Positions 1 through 7,949 of a DNA stretch of 29,061 bases are shown piece after piece. The stretch lies in the IMG/VR virus record IMGVR_UViG_3300037590_000053, positions 1 to 29,061 of that record, one strand, 5' to 3'. The notes beneath the pieces are model-generated. The model searched no databases. It worked only from the letters and a program-made list of their open reading frames with translations, and had not been told where the DNA came from. Position 1 is the first letter of the stretch; every line of letters begins with the position of its first letter. A program made the translations under genes and the position numbers. The DNA comes from a virus. Taxonomy: Duplodnaviria; Caudoviricetes.

Positions 1-11
1 TCTGCAGGACC

Positions 12-101
12 GGGGAGGTGGCAGAGTGGTCGAATGCGGCGGTCTTGAAAACCGTTGAACGTGAGAGCGTTCCCAGGGTTCGAATCCCTGTCTCCCCGCC
101 A
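12..101 (+). tRNA. tRNA-Ser (anticodon TGA), prophage integration site (attL side)
   Basis: Acceptor stem GGGGAGG/TCTCCCC, D-loop TGG, anticodon arm GCGGT-CT-TGA-AA-ACCGT (anticodon 46-48), long variable arm, T-arm GGTTCGAATCC, discriminator G and encoded CCA at 99-101. Confidence 0.97.
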
Positions 102-134
102 CAAAATCAATGGGTTACGGTCTTTCAGACAGAC

Positions 135-168
135 TTGGGAAAACGCCGAAATTTGCCGGTTTCCCCAA
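135..168. repeat. Imperfect inverted repeat next to attL (possible terminator or integrase arm-type sites)
   Basis: TTGGGAAAAC (135-144) vs GTTTCCCCAA (159-168), 9/10 complementary; related GTTTCCCA (171-178) and GTTTTGCCCCA (186-196). Confidence 0.4.
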
Positions 169-181
169 AAGTTTCCCACTT

Positions 182-1180
182 TCACGTTTTGCCCCATTTT
201 TGTTCTCGCAGGTTTTGAGCCTCTTTCGCGAGGCGTTTTTGGCTCGCACCCTTGGAGTATTTTTGCACCATCGAGAGGCTCTTGTGGCCTGTGATTGCCG
301 CGATCTGATGGTCGGTGCAGCCCGCCTCTGCAAGCTCACCCGCAGCACTATACCGGAGCCCGTGGAGAGAGTAGTCCATCAGACCAGCTGCTCTGCGCAC
401 ACGAATAACCTGTTTTTGCAACTGATCATAATTCAGCTGATGGCCCGACTCATCTGTCAAAATGAAGCGTGACTTTGAGGTGTCGACCCCAGCGAGAACA
501 CCAGAGAGCCGCTTTGTGAAGGGGATCCAGAGCCGAACATTCGTTTTGCCTTGAGTGACCCCAATACCCCCATCTTCGATATGGCCCCACTCCATTCTCG
601 TGAGGTCTGATGCGCGTTGCCCCGTGCCAAGAGCAAGCTCAAAAATCAGCAAGGCTAATCCATCCGCCTGTTCGCGATAGGCCGCAATAGCAGTCGCTGG
701 CCAAGGCTTGTGCCCCTCCCCCGTCTTAATCTTTGCGATGCCCTTCGCCGGGTTCTCGCGCTGCCAGTCTAAATCGATTGCATGCTCAAATAGGATCGAC
801 AGCATGTGAGGAATATAATTTGCAAAGCGCGCCCGGTGACGATTCGCCATCTGCGCCTCGATTACAACAGAGCGGCGCATTTTGGTCGGGTCACGATCCC
901 CGATCGTATCGGCGATATACTCGAGCACCTTCGAGTAGTCCGCTCTGGTCCTGGAAGCCAACCTCTCCCATCGCGGAGAAAGCTTGTAAGATGCAATCAG
1001 CTTGTGAAACGTGAGGCGGTTCGACAAACGCCCCTCCCCTCTCATCAAACGCCAATATGCTATGTCATACTCTTCACTTTCTGGATCGTCTGGCAGCCGG
1101 ACATAAGCGCCATCTTTGCGAAAGTACTGATACGTCTTTCCTTTGACCACTTTTGTGATCGCATGTTTCTTTTTCACCAT
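182..1180 (-). CDS. int: Phage tyrosine recombinase/integrase
   Basis: Catalytic motifs GTGQRASD (R), HGLRY (HxxR), ITGH...VQKY (H, Y); adjacent to tRNA. Confidence 0.95.
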   Translation of the reverse strand: MVKKKHAITKVVKGKTYQYFRKDGAYVRLPDDPESEEYDIAYWRLMRGEGRLSNRLTFHKLIASYKLSPRWERLASRTRADYSKVLEYIADTIGDRDPTKMRRSVVIEAQMANRHRARFANYIPHMLSILFEHAIDLDWQRENPAKGIAKIKTGEGHKPWPATAIAAYREQADGLALLIFELALGTGQRASDLTRMEWGHIEDGGIGVTQGKTNVRLWIPFTKRLSGVLAGVDTSKSRFILTDESGHQLNYDQLQKQVIRVRRAAGLMDYSLHGLRYSAAGELAEAGCTDHQIAAITGHKSLSMVQKYSKGASQKRLAKEAQNLREQKWGKT

Positions 1181-1380
1181 TTGACGTCTTCATAGCCGTG
1201 AACCATCTGGCCGCGCACAACTGCGCGAAGCTCCTCTGCATCCCAGCGGTCAAACGATCCGATCTGCCTCGGCCGAGGCAGTACTCCCTTGCGTACGAGA
1301 TCACGAAATTGCCTGACGTCCATGTCAAACATCTTTGCTGCGGACTTCTCCCCAACAGCGATCGGAAATAGTTCGGCCAT
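1174..1380 (-). CDS. Excisionase/AlpA-like small DNA-binding protein
   Basis: 68 aa, AAKMFDMDVRQFRDLVRKGVLPRP...RWD winged-HTH pattern; overlaps integrase start. Confidence 0.75.
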   Translation of the reverse strand: MAELFPIAVGEKSAAKMFDMDVRQFRDLVRKGVLPRPRQIGSFDRWDAEELRAVVRGQMVHGYEDVKW

Positions 1381-1563
1381 TAAATAGCTTCCCCCACGGA
1401 TGTGTTAATGCGGGACTGGCGGCCAATTCGCGTTGAACTCAGTTTTGATGGGACCTGCATCATAGAACCTATTGGAATTCCGCCCCCGGGGCGCATGTTG
1501 TTGCGCGTGAGTGGTGGTCACGCCTCGGGCGCTGCCTTTATGTGTCAGTTTGGTGTAGGGATA

Positions 1564-2070
1564 TCAGCGCGTTGCTGGCGCGAGGGATTGCCCATTGTAG
1601 GGGCAATCAGGGCGGCCATCGCTGGCGCGGCGGGGCATGCGCGCAGAGGCGGTTTTGATCCAACCGCTCAGCGCGCTTTGGCGGGATGTGCCAGTGCATT
1701 GAATGCCCATCAGATCAACCAGCCAGAGCGCTTCATCGTGGGTCCACGCATCTGACATGGGCGCAGTGATGCGCCCGCCGAGGGCTGAGAACTGTTCGGA
1801 CGTCTGGCGCATCGCTGTCGCTCTGAGGGTCTCCGCCGCGGCATAGAGCGCGAGGGTGTCGATCGCGGTGGATGATGCGCGGGCGGTGGGCAACTTGGAG
1901 GATTGATCCGCCCGCGCCAGATCCGCACCAGGCGCCTGGTGCGAAACCTCGGTGTTGTCTGCGCCGCGCAATCCTCCAACGCGGCTCAGGTGTTCAGTGG
2001 CCTCAGACGGGCGGAGCCCGTGGGGGTCGTCCGCCATGGGTGCGGAACCTTGAGAGATAGGGTTTGTCAT
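1564..2070 (-). CDS. Hypothetical phage early protein (start uncertain)
   Basis: 168-aa ORF co-oriented with the leftward early operon. Confidence 0.55.
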   Translation of the reverse strand: MTNPISQGSAPMADDPHGLRPSEATEHLSRVGGLRGADNTEVSHQAPGADLARADQSSKLPTARASSTAIDTLALYAAAETLRATAMRQTSEQFSALGGRITAPMSDAWTHDEALWLVDLMGIQCTGTSRQSALSGWIKTASARMPRRASDGRPDCPYNGQSLAPATR

Positions 2071-2087
2071 TGCGGGTGCGCCTTGCC

Positions 2088-2369
2088 TTACGCCGCATGG
2101 GGGCCATGCGGGGTGATCTGGCGATCTGCCATGACGCGGCGCACCTTGTGGCCGACACGCTCCAAAACCTGTTCTGTCGGCTCTGGCGTCGGCGCCGGGC
2201 GCTCAACCAGATGCGCGGCCCGCAGGCGTGCGGGGTCAAAGCCCTGGCCGCGCGCGGCCTTCAGCGTTGCCCAGGCCGTTACGAAGAGGTGCGGGCTGTC
2301 GAGGTGTTCCTCGGGCGAGCCTGCGATCTGCTGCGCGTCCCGCAGCACGGTTTCCAGTCTGTCTTGCAT
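2088..2369 (-). CDS. Hypothetical phage early protein, first gene of leftward operon
   Basis: 93-aa ORF with GGAGGA RBS upstream on the minus strand, directly downstream of operator pair 2402-2448. Confidence 0.7.
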   Translation of the reverse strand: MQDRLETVLRDAQQIAGSPEEHLDSPHLFVTAWATLKAARGQGFDPARLRAAHLVERPAPTPEPTEQVLERVGHKVRRVMADRQITPHGPHAA

Positions 2370-2401
2370 TCAATCCTCCATCGGTTGATGAACATACGAT
2401 A

Positions 2402-2448
2402 ATTCACATTATGTGGATATTGCAATACGAAAAACACAATTTGTGGAT
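2402..2448. promoter_or_regulatory. OL-like operator pair (CAC-W5-GTG palindromes)
   Basis: CACATTATGTG 2405-2415 and CACAATTTGTG 2435-2445; same motif occurs three times at 2957-3017. Confidence 0.75.
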
Positions 2449-2514
2449 TTTTGGATTTCACCAAGTGATTCAACGCTCTAAAAATCTAGTGAACGTGCCT
2501 CTTTGGAAGAGCGA

Positions 2515-2561
2515 TTGACCTGTGTCGGTGCGAAGTTCTATCCATAGAACAAAAAGAGAAC
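2515..2561 (+). promoter_or_regulatory. Putative sigma70 promoter with alphaproteobacterial LexA (SOS) box
   Basis: TTGACC 2515-2520, TATCCA 2539-2544, GAAC-AAAAAGA-GAAC 2547-2561 matching the GAAC-N7-GAAC consensus. Confidence 0.7.
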
Positions 2562-2581
2562 ACGCAACAGGCAAAGAGCGT

Positions 2582-2755
2582 ATGAAGGTAGTAGATAAGA
2601 GGTTAGACAGGATGATTGAGATCGCAGATGAGCTGAATGTGCCTCTGGATCACGTCGTGAAGCACATAGGCCGGTGCGATCAGAGGACTTTCGAAGCAGT
2701 CTCTGACAGCCCGTCCCTTCTGCCACGGTATATGAAATCTAAGGTCACACCGTAG
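2582..2755 (+). CDS. Small putative SOS-induced protein (candidate antirepressor), convergent on repressor
   Basis: 57 aa from ATG 2582 (MKVVDKRLDRMIEIADELNVPLDHV...), 20 bp after the LexA box; 3' end overlaps the repressor 3' end antisense. Confidence 0.45.
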   Translation: MKVVDKRLDRMIEIADELNVPLDHVVKHIGRCDQRTFEAVSDSPSLLPRYMKSKVTP

Positions 2756-2943
2756 GTTTCACAGAGTCTTTCGGCGCTTTCTACGGGGATACGCCGGAGA
2801 CCCTTCTCCCAGTTATTCACTTGAGTCGCATTGAAGCCGTGCTTGGCAGCCCATTCCTTTTGGTTCGCATCGGGAGCGAACGCTTTGCGAATGGCAACTA
2901 GGCGATCAGCGATCTCGGGGTAGGATTTGTTGGCTATGTTCAT
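2680..2943 (-). CDS. XRE-family HTH phage repressor (CI-like, no S24 peptidase domain)
   Basis: 87 aa: RLVAIRKA...QKEWAAKHGFNATQVNNWEKG...YGVTLDFIYRG typical XRE fold; divergent from Cro-like gene. Confidence 0.85.
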   Translation of the reverse strand: MNIANKSYPEIADRLVAIRKAFAPDANQKEWAAKHGFNATQVNNWEKGLRRIPVESAERLCETYGVTLDFIYRGRRDGLSETASKVL

Positions 2944-2953
2944 AGGTTCTTTG

Positions 2954-3020
2954 GATCACATTTTGTGAATTTTGGGCAAACCACAAAATGTGGACTTGAG
3001 CAAATCCACAAAAAGTGGAT
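2954..3020. promoter_or_regulatory. OR-like triple operator between divergent repressor and cro-like genes
   Basis: CACATTTTGTG 2957-2967, CACAAAATGTG 2982-2992, CACAAAAAGTG 3007-3017 at an exact 25-bp period; TTGAGC -35-like at 2996-3001. Confidence 0.8.
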
Positions 3021-3029
3021 ATTGCACTT

Positions 3030-3251
3030 ATGATGAACGTTTCCCAGATAGCCGACGTGATCGGCAGAAAAGAGATCGCAGATACCGTCAGCGTTGGGCC
3101 TACAGCCGTGAGCAATGCGATTGCGCGAGGGGCCTTCCCTGCGTCGTGGTATCTGAGCATCAAGGTTTTGTGTGAGGCTCGGGGCGTAAATTGCGAAACC
3201 GCATGGTTCGCAATGGTGCGGCCCTCCTCGCAAAAGGACGCAGCCGCATGA
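3030..3251 (+). CDS. Cro-like small HTH protein
   Basis: IGRKEIADTVSVGPTAVSNAIARGAFPASW Cro/YdaS-like pattern; divergent from repressor; ATG at 3030. Confidence 0.7.
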   Translation: MMNVSQIADVIGRKEIADTVSVGPTAVSNAIARGAFPASWYLSIKVLCEARGVNCETAWFAMVRPSSQKDAAA

Positions 3252-3571
3252 GCCGCCCGCGTCTAACTCTGATTGTGAACAATGATGTGCCATGCGACCA
3301 GCGTGGCACGTCTGCCGACCAAGCGTCTTGGTCAAATCAGTTGGATCCTTATGCGCTGAAGGTGAGCGCACCTGACCTTTGGTCGGCCTACTTCCACGCG
3401 CGGTTTCACAGCCCGCGCGAGGTGGCGCTGTTCTGCGATGTGTCGTTTCAGACAGCGCTCAACTGGTGGGGCGCGGTGACAGCGCCCGCCAGCCATACCG
3501 CTTTGCTGATGATCCTCACCGATCCCGGCGCGGCGGCGTTCTTTCAAGATCAAATGGCGAGGGCCGCATGA
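3248..3571 (+). CDS. Putative HTH regulatory protein (CII position)
   Basis: ATGA overlap with cro-like stop; SPREVALFCDVSFQTALNWW HTH-like segment. Confidence 0.6.
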   Translation: MSRPRLTLIVNNDVPCDQRGTSADQASWSNQLDPYALKVSAPDLWSAYFHARFHSPREVALFCDVSFQTALNWWGAVTAPASHTALLMILTDPGAAAFFQDQMARAA

Positions 3572-3834
3572 TGGCGCAGAAATCCTCACCCCGGATCGAG
3601 CGGATCGCCTATCAGATCTGGTGGCTGATCCAGGACAGCGCGGGGGAATGCACCTTGGCGGATATGGCCGAGTTCACCGGGGCTTCGATGCGCACCTGTT
3701 CTCAGGTGTGCCGCTATCGCGGCTGGGCCGGGTCCTATCGCAAGATGCCGCCGCGCAGTGTGGTGGATGACGGTCCGCAAATGATCGAGGCGCTTGATAG
3801 CGAGCTGTCCGCTCTGTTCGGGGAGGCCGCCTGA
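3568..3834 (+). CDS. Hypothetical HTH-like protein
   Basis: ATGA overlap; CTLADMAEFTGASMRTCSQVC helix-turn-helix-like pattern. Confidence 0.6.
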   Translation: MMAQKSSPRIERIAYQIWWLIQDSAGECTLADMAEFTGASMRTCSQVCRYRGWAGSYRKMPPRSVVDDGPQMIEALDSELSALFGEAA

Positions 3835-4481
3835 TGTTGAACGCTGCTGGACTACAGCCCGTCTCGACCGATGATCTGCCAGAGTATCCGCTGGGCATCG
3901 AGGATCGGCTGGACAGCCATTACTTCATGGCTTGGGAACGGCGGCGCTGGCTCAACTCCGATATGCGCCTCAAAGGTACGCCAGAGTGCCGGGCGCTCTA
4001 TTTCGATCTGATCAATATCTCTTACGATCAGACGCCAGTCGGCACCGTGCCGCAGGATCTGGAGACGCTGGCGAAGCTCTTGCTGGTGGATCCCGGGCAC
4101 TTTCGGGCGCTGTGCAAGCTGGACTATGGCCCGCTGCACAAATGGACGCCGTGCATCTGCGAAGGCGGCGAGGTGCGGCTAATGCACCCGATGGTGCTGC
4201 GCACCCTCACCGAGGCGCTGTCACGCAAAGAGGATAACCGCGCCAAGCATGAGGCTGCCAATGCGGCCAAGCGCTTGCAGCGGCTGCGCTCCACGGTGGC
4301 AGGTTATCACGCGGAGCTCGCGAAGAATGACGCCGCCATCCGCTGGATGGATGAGTGGCTAGTCCAAGAGGGCTGCGAATACCGCAACGCCACTTGGATC
4401 GAGCGCGCCATGCAGTCCTGGTCAACGCATATGTTTGACCTCGGGCAAGCGCGCTCCGGAACCTACCGAACAATGTCCTGA
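3834..4481 (+). CDS. Putative replication initiator (DUF1376/YdaU-like)
   Basis: RWLNSD...RALYFDLINISYDQTPVGTVPQDLETLAKLL resembles DUF1376-type N-termini; directly followed by iteron array. Confidence 0.6.
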   Translation: MLNAAGLQPVSTDDLPEYPLGIEDRLDSHYFMAWERRRWLNSDMRLKGTPECRALYFDLINISYDQTPVGTVPQDLETLAKLLLVDPGHFRALCKLDYGPLHKWTPCICEGGEVRLMHPMVLRTLTEALSRKEDNRAKHEAANAAKRLQRLRSTVAGYHAELAKNDAAIRWMDEWLVQEGCEYRNATWIERAMQSWSTHMFDLGQARSGTYRTMS

Positions 4482-4566
4482 CACTGTCCAAGACTGTCCG
4501 GCGGACAGTTCGAGACAGTCTCGGACAGTCTCAGACTGTCCTGCACGACAGGGATAGAGACAGAGA
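4472..4566. repeat. Phased iteron-like array (putative phage origin)
   Basis: ACTGTCC at 4483 and 4493; inverted (G/A)GACAGT at 4503, 4513 and 4523; AGACTGTCC at 4533; 10-bp period. Confidence 0.7.
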
Positions 4567-4613
4567 CATAACAAAACAGAAGGCTAGTTGCCGGACACAT
4601 TGACGTCGGTGGC

Positions 4614-4622
4614 TGTGGATAA
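4614..4622 (-). promoter_or_regulatory. Perfect DnaA box
   Basis: TGTGGATAA, the reverse complement of TTATCCACA, about 50-70 bp from the iteron array. Confidence 0.6.
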
Positions 4623-4651
4623 CTCGGAATTGCTGAGAATGAGGTGCAGAA

Positions 4652-5236
4652 ATGGATGCAAAAGAACAGGCAGCCGGTGAGGCGCGGGTGCAGGAATTGT
4701 TGATCACGCCGCTGGAGGCGTTGGGGCTGGCGCGGCCCTCGACGCTGACCAAGGCGCAGTTTGCGGTGATGCTGGGCGAGTTGCGCCAGAAGCTGGCGTA
4801 TATGACACCCGCCAGCCTCGCGGTGCTGAGAGATTGGGTCGAGGCACACCCCGGTGGCAAAGATAAGGACCGGTTTCCGATTGGGCTCAAGATCCTGAAC
4901 CAGGCGCGCGAGGTCCAGCCGCCGGAGAGCGGGCCATCGCCGCTGATGCTCAAGGTCTTCGCGCATCCGCTCGGGCAAGAGGCTCTGGCCGGTGGCTGGG
5001 CGCCTGAGCTGCTGGGCTATTTGAGGGGCGCGCGGGAATGGCCGGGGCGCTACACCGTTACACAGATCCGCAATGAGGCGGATGGCGCGGTGCGCCGGAT
5101 GGCGGATCTTGAGATGCGTATTGGCCGTGGGGATCGGTTGTCGATCGAGGATGAGAGCTTTCGCGCCCGTCGGTCTGAGGCGCTGCAGAAATGCCGGGAG
5201 ATTGCAGACCAGGCGCAGCGGGGTGCAGCAGCATGA
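4652..5236 (+). CDS. Hypothetical replication-module protein
   Basis: 194-aa ORF with GAGGTG RBS, phage-like codon use, stop overlaps next start. Confidence 0.75.
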   Translation: MDAKEQAAGEARVQELLITPLEALGLARPSTLTKAQFAVMLGELRQKLAYMTPASLAVLRDWVEAHPGGKDKDRFPIGLKILNQAREVQPPESGPSPLMLKVFAHPLGQEALAGGWAPELLGYLRGAREWPGRYTVTQIRNEADGAVRRMADLEMRIGRGDRLSIEDESFRARRSEALQKCREIADQAQRGAAA

Positions 5237-5967
5237 GCGAGCATGTTGTGATCGTGGCACCTGATGGCGTAGCGGATCTGACCCCGGTGGCAAAATTCCT
5301 GGCAGCGCGCCAAATGCGCCTGAAGGCGGAGGCCGATCGCATCCAGGCAGTAAAAGCACAGGGTTACGTGCCGGAGGTCTGCGGTGATGCGATCCCCGAG
5401 GCTCCGGCCCGGGGAGCAATCCGCGTATTCCAACCGATGAGTCTGTTTCCCGATGGTGAAAACGACTGGGTCGCGCGCCCTTCGGGCTATCGTGGCCGGT
5501 CGGCCATGCAGCGGGCGGATGTGTTCGATGTGATGGCGGCCAAGGCGGCCAGTAACGGCAAGCCCGCGCCCTTCACCCGCGAGCAGGTTGCGGCGGGCCG
5601 GTACTATCGGGATTTGGTCGAGCGCCACGCAAGTGCCGGTGTCCGGTGTTCATCTGTCGAGGCCATCCGCAGCGGCGGAGGTGGTGGCAGTGGCAGCTTC
5701 ATCGACGCGGTGCTGCGCGATCGCGAAGAAATCGAGCGAATCCGCAGGCGCATCGGTACTGGCACTGCCTTGGCCGTGCGCAAGATCCGCCCGTCCAAAC
5801 GGGGCTCACGCGTGAACATCACGGATCGGCGACTGGTGGATATGGTGTGCCTGGAGGATAAGCCGATCAGCGCAGTGCTACGGGCACATGGGTGGAGTGT
5901 CCGGGGGCAGACGTCCGGTGCGGTGCGACAGGCTTTGGCTGAGGTGTTGGATCGGATGGGTATGTGA
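5233..5967 (+). CDS. Putative late-gene regulator/antiterminator (Q position)
   Basis: 244 aa from ATG 5233; last early gene; C-terminal DRRLVDMVCLEDKPISAVL...LAEVLDRM sigma-region-4-like pattern; function inferred from position. Confidence 0.55.
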   Translation: MSEHVVIVAPDGVADLTPVAKFLAARQMRLKAEADRIQAVKAQGYVPEVCGDAIPEAPARGAIRVFQPMSLFPDGENDWVARPSGYRGRSAMQRADVFDVMAAKAASNGKPAPFTREQVAAGRYYRDLVERHASAGVRCSSVEAIRSGGGGGSGSFIDAVLRDREEIERIRRRIGTGTALAVRKIRPSKRGSRVNITDRRLVDMVCLEDKPISAVLRAHGWSVRGQTSGAVRQALAEVLDRMGM

Positions 5968-5972
5968 TGGTT
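5614..5972 (+). repeat. Direct repeat copy 1 (3' end of late-regulator gene)
   Basis: Aligns with ~7950-8308 (stop codons 2336 bp apart), with many scattered, largely third-position differences. Confidence 0.9.
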
Positions 5973-6041
5973 TGGCCAACCCGAACATAGTATTCTTCTA
6001 CCATACACCACGACATGGAGCGTTTGAGATAGCGGTAGGGT

Positions 6042-6317
6042 TCGTGCAACCGGTTCCGTGACAACGAAGTCCGGCTCCAGCTTCATGCATAGGTCCACGA
6101 GCTCGGCGGTTTCCTGAAGCGTGGCGAGTTGCTCGAGGAAGTGGCCGACTGGTTGCTGAAAAGTATCCAAAGCCGCCTCATCAGAATCGGAGAAGGTGTC
6201 GTGCGCCATGCGCGCGAGATCACCTTCCGGCTGGCAGAGGTAGTTTTGCCTGGCAACATCTTCACCCAAATCCTCGACGCCATCCGTGTCCTCGAGCCAC
6301 CGCCGAGGTCTGCATGA
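6042..6317 (+). pseudogene. IS1380-family transposase C-terminal remnant
   Basis: SCNRFRDNEVRLQLHA*VHEL...VADWLLKSIQSRLIRIGEGVVRHAREITFRLAEV matches IS1380 C-terminal motifs; in-frame TAG at 6090-6092; N-terminus absent. Confidence 0.8.
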
Positions 6318-6613
6318 GGGTCATTGTATCGAGGTCAAAAAAAGCGGCGCGATGGATTCGTTTTGGCGCGGCCCTAATGGGCCAAAATGCGAGGGAGGCT
6401 CCGAAAACACAGCTGCACAACGCTCACAATCGATGATCTGGCGCCCATCGCGACCGCCAGAGTTGAAAGCACCTATAAAAACGGGCAAGTTCGCTGAAGC
6501 GACAAGCTATTTGGGGAGTATTTGCTAGAGGTAATCGCACAGACTTGCAATTGACCCAATGCGCAGCTCGCTTTCACGACAGAAAAATACAAAAAAATAA
6601 CAGGGAAATTAAG

Positions 6614-7816
6614 ATGGGAATTGTACTAAACGAAACGCTTTACGCCTACGAATTCAGGGTCGAGACGGATCGCACCAAAGACGCAGGCACTGACAACAGA
6701 CCCGATATCAAATTCTACGGCACCAGGGGCAGCTCCGGCTGGCAGAAACTTGGAAATCTATATGGAACCGACGAGTTGGAGAAGGGGGATGAGAATGTCT
6801 GGTGGTTTATGGGCGGCGATCACAACCTTACCTGGACTGGTGGTGACACCGAGAAATTGCGCCCCTCAGATGACGTTGGAGATATCGTGGCAGTCCGCCT
6901 GCGCAATACGGGCCACGACAAATGGCGGCCTCTGCGCTGCTGGGTCACGCGTCATGTCATATCCGGGTATAAACTCAATGGAAGCCCAATTTCAGAGGCT
7001 CAGTATCTGGCGGCCAAAGCGGGGCTAATGACGAATGTGGACTTTGCCACCAGCGCCGTTTCAACCGCTTTCATTCCCACCCTATTTGGCGATGAAAACG
7101 ACGCCTCTACCAGAAACAAACATGGATTGGAGGTCCACACCGGTGACGGCGATGTGCTTGAAAAAACATTCTATGCTGAGGATTTCGGCAAGTTTGTTGA
7201 TGATCCCCAGCTGGATGAGGTCGCAAATCGAGGATTCACGATCTGGTATCCGATCGACAACAGCAACAACAGCCTGAAAGAAGACGCATCCGTTGACGCC
7301 AAAATAGAAATCAACCGGTCGCACACTTATAACTTGGCCACGGCCTTTGAATCCGAGACCTCGCTGAGGCTTCTGTACAAAACGGCCACCGAAACCGAAA
7401 AAGGCGGTACCGCTGGCCTGCCGAGCCTCATGGCCTCAATGGAGTTTGAATCTGAGGTTGCAAGCCGCTTCACCAGTAGTGTTGAGACCGAGGAAACAAA
7501 GGTTGATAGCGTGTCCACAACGCTTGCGATAGAGAAAGAGCTGAACCTGCCGCCCTATTGCGTGATGTTTGTGGGCACACATATCAAGCCGGATGTCCGT
7601 GCCGGGTACCTCCATGTGTCGGACAACATTCGTATTCCAGTGGCCCTGTCCAAAAACGCGGTCCCCTTGGCCAGTCACCCCGTCTTCTCTGATGGTCAGG
7701 CCGTGATCACTAAATCGGATCACGACAATGGTATCAACAACGCCAACGCAGCGCAGAAACGAGGCTGGAAGGAGGTCACAGGTACAGATTGGCCACCGGA
7801 AGGCTGGAAGAAGTAA
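6614..7816 (+). CDS. PLAT/LH2-domain protein with possible aerolysin/ETX-MTX2-like C-terminal domain
   Basis: ATG 6614 after AGGGA; YEFRVET..KDAGTD...IKFYGTRGSS...LEKG...DVGDIVAVRLRN...DKW PLAT pattern; Ser/Thr-rich strands, G/A-rich hairpin and LNLPP in the C-terminal half; lower GC than the phage core. Confidence 0.65.
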   Translation: MGIVLNETLYAYEFRVETDRTKDAGTDNRPDIKFYGTRGSSGWQKLGNLYGTDELEKGDENVWWFMGGDHNLTWTGGDTEKLRPSDDVGDIVAVRLRNTGHDKWRPLRCWVTRHVISGYKLNGSPISEAQYLAAKAGLMTNVDFATSAVSTAFIPTLFGDENDASTRNKHGLEVHTGDGDVLEKTFYAEDFGKFVDDPQLDEVANRGFTIWYPIDNSNNSLKEDASVDAKIEINRSHTYNLATAFESETSLRLLYKTATETEKGGTAGLPSLMASMEFESEVASRFTSSVETEETKVDSVSTTLAIEKELNLPPYCVMFVGTHIKPDVRAGYLHVSDNIRIPVALSKNAVPLASHPVFSDGQAVITKSDHDNGINNANAAQKRGWKEVTGTDWPPEGWKK

Positions 7817-7949
7817 CCGAGACAACCCTTGAACCGTGCAATTGCCCGTACGGCTGCCCGGGTCACACTGTTACCGACTTTGCTTTCTGCCTTTGGGCTT
7901 AGGGCGTAGGGTCATCGGTGGCCTCGCTGGTGTCCTGTCAGGAAGGGCA

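Noticed and set aside
18-472. Short ORFs overlapping the tRNA and the integrase 3' end
   Set aside because: Overlap a clear tRNA and the integrase; spurious
4472-4566. CRISPR-like mini-array
   Set aside because: Units are only 6-9 bp with no spacers and no cas genes; better explained as iterons
6546-7844. TGCAATTG direct repeat flanking the PLAT gene (6546-6553 and 7837-7844) as a target-site duplication
   Set aside because: Only 8 bp, largely a palindromic hexamer, with no associated inverted repeats; could be chance
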